IMG/VR virus record: IMGVR_UViG_3300045988_163643
Coordinates: 128,001-192,000 of that record
Reading direction: 5' to 3' (one strand)
DNA: 64,000 bases
Source: a virus
The notes under the pieces: generated by a model
The model's database searches: none
What the model was told of the DNA's origin: nothing
Seen by the model: only the letters and a program-made list of their open reading frames with translations
Shown here: positions 48,395 through 58,294 of the stretch, piece after piece
Position numbering within the stretch: the stretch's first letter is position 1
Layout of the letters: each line of letters starts with the position of its first letter
Translations under genes and position numbers: made by a program

Positions 48395-48759
48395 TAACAA
48401 ATTAAGCTCCCTATGTAAATAAATTGCATAGCAAACCCTTTGAATTGCTTGTAATCCCTAAAGTCAACTAAACTACAACGTGATTGGAAACGATGAGCGT
48501 GAATGTGGCGAAAGCAGAAAAAATTAGTTGAATTGTATATGGTTAAATCCTAAGTACTATAAACAATGGGTGTCTAGCAGGTAAGATTCTAAGTTACTAT
48601 AAGTAATATGAATAAACTTCAACGACTATATATACTAGTAGTCTAGTTAGTGGAGGGCATCTCTTTATGGGATGATGATATAGTCTACTCTCATATGAAA
48701 GTATGAGCAGTTCATAAGAGAACGGTATAAAGTATAACGAACTTTATATGAATATTAGG
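48395..48759 (+). mobile_element. group I intron Met-2 (ORF-less)
   Basis: P1 is GGAG(U)AACAAAUUAAGCUCC. P2 is CUAUG..CAUAG. Internal helix is UCAACUAA/UUAGUUGA. P7 is CAACGACUA...GAUAUAGUC. The AUAACGA hairpin is followed by GAAUAUUAGG. Confidence 0.8.
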
Positions 48760-48857
48760 ATATTTCACAAAATGCATCTAATTTATTTGAATGGTTGTAT
48801 TACACTGATTATGGTGAAGAATTTTGTAGAAACATTCCTCACTTAACTGCATGTGGT
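48760..48857 (+). CDS. metallophosphoesterase, exon 3 of 4
   Basis: Encodes (D)ISQNASNLFEWLYYTDYGEEFCRNIPHLTACG, which completes motif II (GD) and starts motif III. Confidence 0.7.
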
Positions 48858-49171
48858 AAATGTTAGCCACCTTTACATAGTGATATGTAATGAAAAACTC
48901 ATTGAATTGCTGGAAAGTCCTAACGTAAAGACGAGGATAATCAGCAGGGAAGTCCCTTTAAAATGGGAAACCTTCAACGACTATCCCTTAGATGTTGAAA
49001 TACATCAATAGGAGTACGGCTCAAGTGATTGGAGTGGGTGAAAATCCCTTAAATGGAAGTGGTGAGCATCTCAATAGAGATGAAGATATAGTCTACTCTC
49101 ATGTGAAAGCATGAGCAGTTTTCATGTAAAGAAAACGGATTAAGTGTAGCGAACTTAATTGAATATAAAGG
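48858..49171 (+). mobile_element. group I intron Met-3 (ORF-less, shortened 5' half)
   Basis: P1 is GUGGU|AAAUGUUAGCCAC. P7 is CAACGACUA...GAUAUAGUC. The GUAGCGA hairpin is followed by GAAUAUAAAGG. A junction shifted by -1 at both ends gives the same protein. Confidence 0.75.
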
Positions 49172-50185
49172 AATAATGACCTCGTTGATAAAAAATATGG
49201 TTTTGCTTATGAACATTATGCTACATATGAAAATGTACCTAAATTAAATGATTATCATAAAGAAGTTCAAGCAACAACAGATTTTCCTATGGTATCTACA
49301 TATTCTTTTGATTTAGGATTTACTCATTTTATATGTATAAATTCAAATCAAGAACAAATGTATAATGATTATGGTATAAATCAAACAGAATTTTTATTAA
49401 AACAAGCTTACTTCCTAGATAGAGATTTATGGAAGGTTAGTAAAAGAACTACAAAACCTAAATGGGTAATTGTATATGCACATTTAAGTCCTTTTACTGT
49501 AACAAGAGCAAAAAGATTACAACATTGGATACCTATACTTGAAAAATATAATGTAGATTTATTCTTATGTGGTCATAACCATACATATTCAAGAAGTATA
49601 CCAATAAAATGTGGATATGAAAAATCTGCATATGCAGATATGATAAATGAAAAAAATTATAATACCTATGTACCAAAAAGTGGTAAAAATTACACTTTAG
49701 TAAATGAAACAAAATTAAGTGGTAGTGAGATAACTAGAAGTGCTAACATATCTCAAGGTGTTTATTATGTGATGTTCCAAGCAGGTGGTGCTAAACAAAG
49801 TGGTAAAGAAAAAGCTATTGATTTAAGTACTATGACATTCTTAAATAGCACTGGTGGAACAGTAACAAGTGGTACTGAATATACTAAACATTTCCATAGT
49901 GGAACAAATAGACCTTGGTGGTATGAATATACTAGCTCTTTACCAGTACAACCTTGTTTTGCAACTTTAGATATTTCACCAACATCAATAAAAATGAGTA
50001 TGAATTATGTTAAAGAAGTAGAAGCTATAGATAAAGAAACTGGCGTAATGACTGTAGATAAATACGACCCAAATAAACATACAATTGTTAACTTTGATAA
50101 TTTAACAATAAATTATTCAGATAGAAATCCAGCTTATAGAACTGGAGTATCTGCTCCTTATTATGACGAGAATAAAAATTATTAA
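49172..50185 (+). CDS. metallophosphoesterase, exon 4 of 4
   Basis: Starts NNDLV (motif III reads G-N-N-D across the junction). Later motifs are VIVYAHLSP (motif IV) and LFLCGHNHTYSRS (GHxH, motif V). Stop is at 50183-50185. Confidence 0.75.
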   Translation, partial: NNDLVDKKYGFAYEHYATYENVPKLNDYHKEVQATTDFPMVSTYSFDLGFTHFICINSNQEQMYNDYGINQTEFLLKQAYFLDRDLWKVSKRTTKPKWVIVYAHLSPFTVTRAKRLQHWIPILEKYNVDLFLCGHNHTYSRSIPIKCGYEKSAYADMINEKNYNTYVPKSGKNYTLVNETKLSGSEITRSANISQGVYYVMFQAGGAKQSGKEKAIDLSTMTFLNSTGGTVTSGTEYTKHFHSGTNRPWWYEYTSSLPVQPCFATLDISPTSIKMSMNYVKEVEAIDKETGVMTVDKYDPNKHTIVNFDNLTINYSDRNPAYRTGVSAPYYDENKNY

Positions 50186-50198
50186 AGGAGATGATTAA

Positions 50199-52911
50199 AT
50201 GTCTATTAAAAGATGTATTGTTAAAGACGGAAAAGAACAATGGATAGAAGTTGCTGGAGGAAGTAGCACTATAAATACAGGTGAAGCGATAAACGTTAGT
50301 ATAAAAGATAATAACGATTTATTTGAAAGTACAAACGTCGAAGGAGCCTTAAGTGAGTTAGGAACTGATTTGCAAAATGTTAGCAATAAATTAACAAATC
50401 ACGTAAACAATTCTTCTATACATGGTGGAGGTGGAGGTGGTGGTAGTATGCCTACCATCACTTCTGATTTTACTATAAATAAATCAGATGGTATAAGCGA
50501 AATAGAAATACCAATATTTTTTAATTCACCTAACTTAGGTGAAGGTTTAGCTTATATATTAGTTAGTAATGTTGAAGTAGGTACACAAACTGTTCAACAA
50601 GGTAACAATACGATTATAGTTCCTCCTTTGGGAGCTGGTAAAAATATAATTATATCAATATATGTAAAAGATAGAGCAGGTTTAATATCTAACCAAATAA
50701 ACTGGACAGTAACAAGTGGTGGTATAACATTAACAATGCTTACTGACACAAGTGCAGATTATGGTGTTACAAGTAGAATAGTTTTATCATATACAATATC
50801 TTCTATGACTGGTGAAGATATTAAAGTTTATTTTGATGTAGATGGCACAACATATGAAACAAAAGGTACTAATGGATATAACACTTATGAAATTACAGGA
50901 TTAGATATAGGTGTACATACTATAACTTATTGGGCGACATCAGCAGAATATGAAACAAAACATAGTACATTTACACTAATAGTAGTAAGTAAAGACCAAA
51001 TAATATTATCAACTCAATTTGATTCAACAATTGAATATGAAAGTGGTATACCAATTAGTATACCATATAGATTATCAGTAGATAGAGATGATGATTTTAT
51101 TGTAAATTTATATATAAATAATGTTTTAGATAAAACCATAGTAACTAGACCAACTTCATTGTATTGGACTATATCATCATTAGACCCTGGTGATTATACT
51201 TTAAAAATAGAAGCAAAAAATGAATCTTTAGGAATGAATAATCATATAGAATTTGAATGTAAAGTTATTCAAAGTGAATATACTAGAATACAACCAGTAA
51301 TAGATAGTTCTTTAATAGCTTGGTTTGATGCAACAAATAGAACTAACAATGATAGCGATAGGGATGTTTGGACTGATAAAATAAAAGGCAATAAAGGTTA
51401 TCTTTATAATTTTAACTATGGTTCTAATGGATGGTTAAAACAAAGTGGTAAGGAAATTAGTGAACTTGTTATGAATGGTACTGCTTATGTTGAAATAGAC
51501 ATGACACCTTTTGCTGATAACTTTAAAAATGGTGGTGTAATCGAATTAGTATTTAAAACTAGAGATGTTGGTAATAGTAATGCTAGAGTTTTAGATATAA
51601 CAGATACACTATCACCATATAAAGGTGTTTATATTGATACAAGAGAAGCATATTTATCTACTTCATCACAATCTATAAATGGTTCTATAGGTGAAGATGA
51701 ATATATACAAGTGTTATATAATATAGATAGAATTAACAAATATTGTCATATAGTTGTTAATGGAGTAATAATAAAATCTTGTAAATTAGCTGATAGTGGT
51801 AGTGGTACTTCTGCTATATTAGAATCATTAGCTCATTCTAAAAAGATTTATTTAAATTCCCAAAAAGGAACTAATAATTTTGGCTCTTGTGAAATAGCAC
51901 ATTTGAGAATATATGATAGAAACTTTACTTTTGATGAAATATTGCAAAACTTTTTATCAAATTACGATGATTTAAAAGTACAAAAAAGTAAATCGGATTT
52001 TAATAATCCATTAAAGAATATAATGCCTATCATGAATATAACTGCTGACCAAAAACGTTTAGATGATATGACAGATACAAATAGAGTTGAAGTTGCTATG
52101 ACATATACATCTCCTAATGCAGATTTATATGGACAAACTTTAACTAACGCTAGTAACTGTTTAATGTATTGGCAAGGTACATCTTCTATAGCATATAATA
52201 TTAAAAACTTTAATATATTACTTAGAGATGAAAATAGACAACCAATAATGTATAGTCCTTTTAAAAATTGTATACCACAAGATTTATTTTGTCTAAAAGC
52301 AAACTTAATGGAATCTACTAATGCTCATAACGTAGGTATAGCTGAATATGTTCATGATTACTTATATACAACTTTGAATCCTGCACAAAAAATAGATAGT
52401 AGAGCTAGTAGAACAGTACAAGGTTTCCCTATATTACTTTATATAAATGGTGAATTACAAGGTGTATATGACTTCAACTTAGATAGATATTCAACAAAAG
52501 CGTTTGGATATGAATTAGATGAATATAAAGATACTTGTAGAGCATATGAAATTTCAGCAAATACTAATAAAACTGCTGGTGCATTTATTCCTTGGACTAA
52601 GGAAACTGGTGTAGATGAATGGACATGGTATAAAAATGACTTTGTAGGTATATATCCTGAACGTATACAAAATTCAATTAATGATGATTTCTCTGCATTA
52701 AAAACATTAATATCATTTGTGCATGATTCTACTGATGAAGTTTTTACTACAAATTTCGCTACATATTTTGATAAAGAATCAGTAATAAGATATTACATTT
52801 TAGTTCTAGTACTTGGTTTAGTGGATAGTTTAGGAAAAAATATGAAGCTAGTAACATTTGATGGTGTTAAATGGGAAATACAAGTATATGATGCTGATAC
52901 GGCTTTTGGGT
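50199..52911 (+). CDS. LamG + CotH-kinase-like + LRR giant virion protein, exon 1 of 3
   Basis: The N-terminus has a fiber-type ..NVEGALSEL.. motif followed by a Gly7 linker and Ig-like repeats. A LamG-like ..AHLRIYDRNFTFDEI.. follows. The CotH-like block ends ..GKNMKLVTFDGVKWEIQVYDADTAFG(L). Confidence 0.65.
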
Positions 52912-52989
52912 TAATAATAGCTCAAATAAAACCTTTTCTGATATACGGCGAAACTCCTGGAGAGGACAACGCCTTCCAACTATTATTTA

Positions 52990-53018
52990 TTGACAAATTA
53001 TAAAAATATATGTATAAT
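52990..53018 (+). promoter_or_regulatory. perfect consensus sigma-A promoter TTGACA-N17-TATAAT inside intron L0
   Basis: Hexamers are at 52990-52995 and 53013-53018, upstream of the endonuclease RBS. Confidence 0.65.
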
Positions 53019-53054
53019 ATAAATATAAAGAGAATATATATAGGAGGTGATTAT

Positions 53055-53912
53055 GTGTGTAAGAAAGAGAATAGTTTTGCACAATGGTTTATAAATGAAT
53101 TTGGATTAGAAAAATTTAACACTGTCATAAATCATGAAAAAAATAAATCATTAGGCATAGATATTTGGAACGTATCAAAGAGAAGTGGTTGTAAAATTTG
53201 GTTTAAATGTGAAAATAAAGATTATCACGAATATCAACTTACAGCCGATAAATATTTTATTGGTAATAGATGTAAATATTGTGGCAGAACAAAATATGTT
53301 CATCCAAGAGATTCGTTAGGTCAATATATAATTGATAACTTTGGAGAAGATTTTTTAAATAGAATATGGTCAACAAAAAATAAAAAATCGCCTTTTGAAT
53401 ATACTATTGGAACTGAGAAGAAAGTTTGGTTTAATTGTATCAATGGTATTCATGAACCAAAATTAAGACAAATAAAAAATTCTGTTGCTAACGACTTTAA
53501 ATGCCCATTTTGTTTAAAAAATTGCCATATTTCAAAATTAGAAAAGAAAGTGTTTTTATATTTAAAAAGCATTTTTAAAAACATAAATAGAGAAAGCAAT
53601 TGTAATTTAATACCCAAAAATCCTAAAACTAATAAAATAATGCCTTATGATAATGAGATAGTGGACATAAAATTAATAATAGAAGTACATGGAAAACAGC
53701 ATTATGAATTATCAGTAGATACAAGTGCATGGTTACATGGATTATCACCAGAAGAATATCTTCATAAAAGAAAATTGTATGATAGGTATAAAAGAATGTA
53801 CGCAAAGTCCAATGGTTATTATTATTTAGAAATACCTTATTGGGCTGATGATTTAGAGGAAACTTGGAAAATTATGATTGATGATAAAATAAAAGAAATA
53901 TTAAGTCAATAA
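53055..53912 (+). CDS. intron-encoded putative homing endonuclease (2 zinc-ribbon modules + Vsr/DUF559-like nuclease)
   Basis: GTG 53055 lies 7 nt after AGGAGG (the track start 53010 lacks an RBS). Modules are WFKC..H..-RCKYC and WFNC..H..-KCPFC. The C-terminus has ..IIEVHGKQH..YLEIPYW. Confidence 0.65.
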   Translation: MCKKENSFAQWFINEFGLEKFNTVINHEKNKSLGIDIWNVSKRSGCKIWFKCENKDYHEYQLTADKYFIGNRCKYCGRTKYVHPRDSLGQYIIDNFGEDFLNRIWSTKNKKSPFEYTIGTEKKVWFNCINGIHEPKLRQIKNSVANDFKCPFCLKNCHISKLEKKVFLYLKSIFKNINRESNCNLIPKNPKTNKIMPYDNEIVDIKLIIEVHGKQHYELSVDTSAWLHGLSPEEYLHKRKLYDRYKRMYAKSNGYYYLEIPYWADDLEETWKIMIDDKIKEILSQ

Positions 53913-54104
53913 ATAATAGGGGAACAACGACTGAGCGAAAAGGACTTACTATAAAGTAAGTATGCAACAGTCTGAACTCACACTATAACTCAAAATATTA
54001 AGAAATGTGAGAAGGAAAGTCATCAGTAACCAGACTGATTAAAGAAGAACTTTCCTCGCCAACTTAGGTTGGTCGGTAGCCTTTATGGTGAAAGTAACAG
54101 AATG

Positions 54105-54556
54105 TAGATAATACAGGAGCATTGAAATATGATGTAGATATAGAAGTTGACCCTGAACATTTCAATACTGCCGATTCAGTATTATGGACTAGAATTAGAG
54201 AATTATTCTATAACGATATAGTTGCTGAATATAATAATATGAGAAATCAAAACTTAACACCTGAAAAAATATATGAAAGTGTATTTACAAATCAAATAGA
54301 AAAAATACCTGAAAGTCAATATAATCTTAGTACACAAAAGAAATATCTTGATACAGGTGAAAATATTATGATGTCTAATGGTAACAGATATTATAATTTG
54401 AAACGTTGGATAAAAGAAAGATTTATATATTGTGATACTTTATTTGATTACACTCCTACAACTGCTAAGTATGTAACTGTACGTTCAGGAGTAGAAGGTA
54501 AGGCTTATTTGGATATAGAAACTTATTATCCTATGTATATAACTATAGAATGGAGG
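54105..54556 (+). CDS. CotH-like/LRR protein, exon 2 of 3
   Basis: Joins exon 1 as GGG T|TA GAT (..TAFG-L-DNTGALKYDVDIEV..). The alternative 3' end is 54576. Confidence 0.6.
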
Positions 54557-55018
54557 AAACAATATTCCTCGTACATAGAGAAATCTGTGTAGGACACAAC
54601 TTTAATTGCAGGTAATGGGTAAAGCTCTACACCACAATATATCTGAAAAGAATATATGAAGGTACGAAAGTAGAAACAACGTAGAGATTCTCATACGGTT
54701 AAATCCTAAGTGAGAAGTGATTAGATTCACACAATCCCTGTTCATGCAAGGAAGTTCCTAAGTGATAATCTTGTATCATATGGAAAACCTTCAACGACTA
54801 TCCTGGAAAGATAAGTGAAATCCTTATCAATAGGAGTACGGCTCAAGCGATTGGAGTGGGTGAAAATCCCTTAAATGGAAGTGGGTTGCCCTTAACAGGT
54901 AATGCTGAAGGTGAAGAAATAGTCTACTCTCATGTGAAAGCATGAGCAGTTCTTTATTAAATTTTTAACATTTAATAAAGAACGATATGTATGTAGCGAA
55001 TACATATGAATACAAAGG
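54557..55018 (+). mobile_element. group I intron L1 (ORF-less, td-like family, closest to T2)
   Basis: The core is AAUUGCAGG...CUCUAC/GUAGAG...CAACGACUA...GAAAUAGUC. The GUAGCGA hairpin is followed by GAAUACAAAGG. An alternative boundary pair 54577/55017 also preserves the frame. Confidence 0.7.
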
Positions 55019-58000
55019 AATCAGGCTGATGGAAGTGGTCGCCAAACATTAAAAATAGGTAGAAATAAAAAAGTAAGATTTAATGGTGAAGTTCAAGCAA
55101 AAGACCAAGAAGTTCTTATTTATGGTGCTCCACATTTAAAAACAATAAGTGGAATGGATGGTATAAAACCACGACATTTATTATTAAATAATGCTCATAA
55201 ATTAACTGCCGTTGAATGTCCAAATAATACAGAACTAATAAATATTCAAATTGATAACTGTTCTTATTTACAAAGATTGGACTTAAGAGGTTGTAGTTCT
55301 TTAGGTAATTTAACATCTTCGCAAGTACTTATAGTTGATGGGTGTAACAATTTAAGATATTTAAATGCATACGGTACAATAATTACATCAATAAGAACCA
55401 ACCAAGAAGGTGGAAACTTAGTTGAATTATATGTACCACAAACTTTACAAACATTATCATTAAGAAATCAATATAGTTTAACAACTATAGGAATACCTAA
55501 TGCTAATGTTCATGGAAATAGTAGATTATTTGAACTTAGAAATAAAGCTAGTAAAATAGCAACATTTTCATTAATAAATTGTCCTCTAGTCAATAGATTG
55601 ACTTATAATTCATCATATAATGTTAATCATAATTTCTTTGATATACATGGAAATGAAAGAACTTCAAGTGAAATATCTTCTTTAACTTATGTTGAAAAAT
55701 GGAGAAGATTAATGGATTGGGGAAATGGATTAGCTAATGCTAGTGAAATTCATATAGAAAATAGTTGTCTTGATATTGAAGAAATGTCATTTAGAGGTAG
55801 TAGTAAATTAGAAAATTTAACATTAAGAAATTTACCTAATTTAAAGACATTAATGATAGGAGGAAATTGTTCGGGTTATAGATGGAACTCACAAAATAAT
55901 AATTATGAATCAGATAGATATGATACTTATGGTGAATTTGATTGGTCAGGATTAGTTATAAGAGATTGTCCTAATATAGAAGATTTTAGATTTCAAGAAT
56001 TATTCCCATTTAATTGGAATGGTGGTTGGGATGGTAACTTAAGTTATCTTACATTCAAAGAAGGTACTAATTCAATAAATCTTGGTGAAAAATTTCCTAA
56101 CTTAAAAACATTCTTCTGTAATTTACCTACTCAAAATATACATCAAATAATTTTACCTCAATCGTTAACTTGTTTAAATACAAGTGCATGGCAAACAAAA
56201 CATGATGAAGGTTATCCTCACGAAGTTAAATTAGAAAAATTTAATATAGATAGTATTTATTTTGAAGGAGAACATACAGATGATTATGTAGGAGTTGATT
56301 TAGGGAATCATTTAATGCATGATGTTAGAATAGTAGCACCTTATTCAACTGAACTAGTAGGATTAAATATTAAAAATGAATGGGTTAATCCTATATTTCA
56401 AACATTTAAAGAAGATGGTCATGAAGCAAGACCTTCATTAACACCTCAAGGTAAAATTGATTTATCTGAATTTAAATGGAAAAGGATATCAAATTGGTTT
56501 CAATATATCGACTTTACTAAAGGAACTTGTGAAGTGGTACAACCTACTAATTGGGATAGTTTCTTGAAAAATATTGAAAGAGCTGGTGGTATGTTCTATC
56601 GTTGTAAGAATCCTAATTTCACTTGGGAATTTGCAATGAAATTCTTTGGTAAAATGGCTGATACAAGTGATAAAAATACAATGTATAAATATGCACAATT
56701 GAAAGAACAAACTAGTTTTGAAGAAGATGCAGTAGATATGATTTCTAGTAAAAATGCATTTTATTATGATTATCAAGCTAGACCATTTCAAGGAACTAAT
56801 TTAAAATATGTTAAATCTATACAATTAACAGGAACTGATGGATGTTATGGTTTATTTTATGATTGTGAAAGTATTATAAAAGTTGGAAACATAAGTATGA
56901 CTGGAAATAATAATAACTGGTATGGTAATGGTGATATGTTTAATGGAGCTATAAATCTTGAAGAAGTAGGAAATATTTATTCAACAAGAAATAAAGAAAA
57001 TGGAACTGCAATTAATGGCAGTTGGTATTTTCAAAATTGTAAAAAATTAAGAAAAATAGGTAGAATTGACATGTCGTTAAATAATGGCAATTATATGTTT
57101 GATGGATGCATTTCTTTAGTAGATGGAAGTATAGAACAATTGCCATATACTGGGGATATGACAACTGCTTATTCCATGTTTAGAAATACTAGATTTACAA
57201 CAATTGAGTTAGAAAACTTATCTAGCTTAGAAAATGCAGATAATATGTTTTCTGCTAATCCTAATTTAAAAACAATTCATTTACCAAATATAGGCAGAAC
57301 AAGTCCTTTAAATAATTTAACAAATACATTTAATAGTGATAGTTCTTTAACAAAAATAACAATTGAAGGAGATACTTTGCCAATTGGATTAAAAAGTATG
57401 GCTGGTACTTTTAATGGTTGTATTTCATTGACTTCATTACCACCAATTCCTCAAGATTTTACTTATGATATAAATATGCAATATTGTTGTTATAATTGTG
57501 ATTCTTTAACTGATGATACAATTTATAAGGTAATACCATATAGATGTACACATACTCAATACATGTACTCTCATTGTGATGGATTAATTAATCCAGTAGT
57601 AGAAGTTAAATCAGATAATGTTTACGCTAGACAAATGTTTGAACGTTGTAAAAATATTAAAACATTAACAGTTAATTTTACAGGTAGATTGTTAAGAGAA
57701 AGTATGTATTTTGCTCAATATTGTACAAATATGACAGAATTTAACATGAAGTTTCCAGATTCTTTATATATGCATGATTACTATGAAACAGGTGTCGGTC
57801 ATTATAATATGTTAGAGTATTGTGAAAATTTATCTATTGTAAATTTAGATATGAGTAGTTTATCAAAAACTAACACTAGAAGTGATTTTGGTGCTATGTT
57901 TTATCAAGATAAACATATTACAGAAATACATGGATTAGATTTAACATATTTAAAGAAATTTACACATCCATTAACTAATGGTGGGCAAAATCATTATGAT

Positions 58001-58282
58001 TGGCATAATGATTCTATCACATATGGTGGTTCATATGATGACTTAAGGGTATTTGAATTAACTGGTAAATTAAATACAAGTTATAACTTTAGAAATATAA
58101 CTACAATAACACATACTAAAGAAATATTAAAACATCTTGATGTTGTTACTAATGAAACTTTAGGTTTGACTTATAATATTATGGATGCTATTGATGATGA
58201 ATTAAATGAATATGTTGACCCTGAATTAAAACAATTAGCTCTTACTGCAAGAGATAATGGATGGACTTTTGTAGTTGTATAG
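55019..58282 (+). CDS. CotH-like/LRR protein, exon 3 of 3 (BspA-type leucine-rich repeats)
   Basis: The frame is open from 55010 upstream of the track ATG. It contains repeated ..L..L.L..C..L..L.. units and BspA-like ..F..C..L..I.. units. Confidence 0.65.
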   Translation, partial: NQADGSGRQTLKIGRNKKVRFNGEVQAKDQEVLIYGAPHLKTISGMDGIKPRHLLLNNAHKLTAVECPNNTELINIQIDNCSYLQRLDLRGCSSLGNLTSSQVLIVDGCNNLRYLNAYGTIITSIRTNQEGGNLVELYVPQTLQTLSLRNQYSLTTIGIPNANVHGNSRLFELRNKASKIATFSLINCPLVNRLTYNSSYNVNHNFFDIHGNERTSSEISSLTYVEKWRRLMDWGNGLANASEIHIENSCLDIEEMSFRGSSKLENLTLRNLPNLKTLMIGGNCSGYRWNSQNNNYESDRYDTYGEFDWSGLVIRDCPNIEDFRFQELFPFNWNGGWDGNLSYLTFKEGTNSINLGEKFPNLKTFFCNLPTQNIHQIILPQSLTCLNTSAWQTKHDEGYPHEVKLEKFNIDSIYFEGEHTDDYVGVDLGNHLMHDVRIVAPYSTELVGLNIKNEWVNPIFQTFKEDGHEARPSLTPQGKIDLSEFKWKRISNWFQYIDFTKGTCEVVQPTNWDSFLKNIERAGGMFYRCKNPNFTWEFAMKFFGKMADTSDKNTMYKYAQLKEQTSFEEDAVDMISSKNAFYYDYQARPFQGTNLKYVKSIQLTGTDGCYGLFYDCESIIKVGNISMTGNNNNWYGNGDMFNGAINLEEVGNIYSTRNKENGTAINGSWYFQNCKKLRKIGRIDMSLNNGNYMFDGCISLVDGSIEQLPYTGDMTTAYSMFRNTRFTTIELENLSSLENADNMFSANPNLKTIHLPNIGRTSPLNNLTNTFNSDSSLTKITIEGDTLPIGLKSMAGTFNGCISLTSLPPIPQDFTYDINMQYCCYNCDSLTDDTIYKVIPYRCTHTQYMYSHCDGLINPVVEVKSDNVYARQMFERCKNIKTLTVNFTGRLLRESMYFAQYCTNMTEFNMKFPDSLYMHDYYETGVGHYNMLEYCENLSIVNLDMSSLSKTNTRSDFGAMFYQDKHITEIHGLDLTYLKKFTHPLTNGGQNHYDWHNDSITYGGSYDDLRVFELTGKLNTSYNFRNITTITHTKEILKHLDVVTNETLGLTYNIMDAIDDELNEYVDPELKQLALTARDNGWTFVVV

Positions 58283-58294
58283 GAGAGTGATAAA

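Larger units (their letters stand above)
52912..54104 (+). mobile_element. group I intron L0 (distinct type) with endonuclease ORF
   Basis: P1 is a 7-bp helix UUUGGGU|UAAUAAUAGCUCAAA with U-G at the junction. P7 is ACGACUG...CAGUCUG. Several 3' hairpins are present (CUCACA/UGUGAG, GGAAAGU/ACUUUCC, GCCAAC/GUUGGU). The 3' end ..AACAGAAUG resembles td ..AACAUAAUG. Confidence 0.75.
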
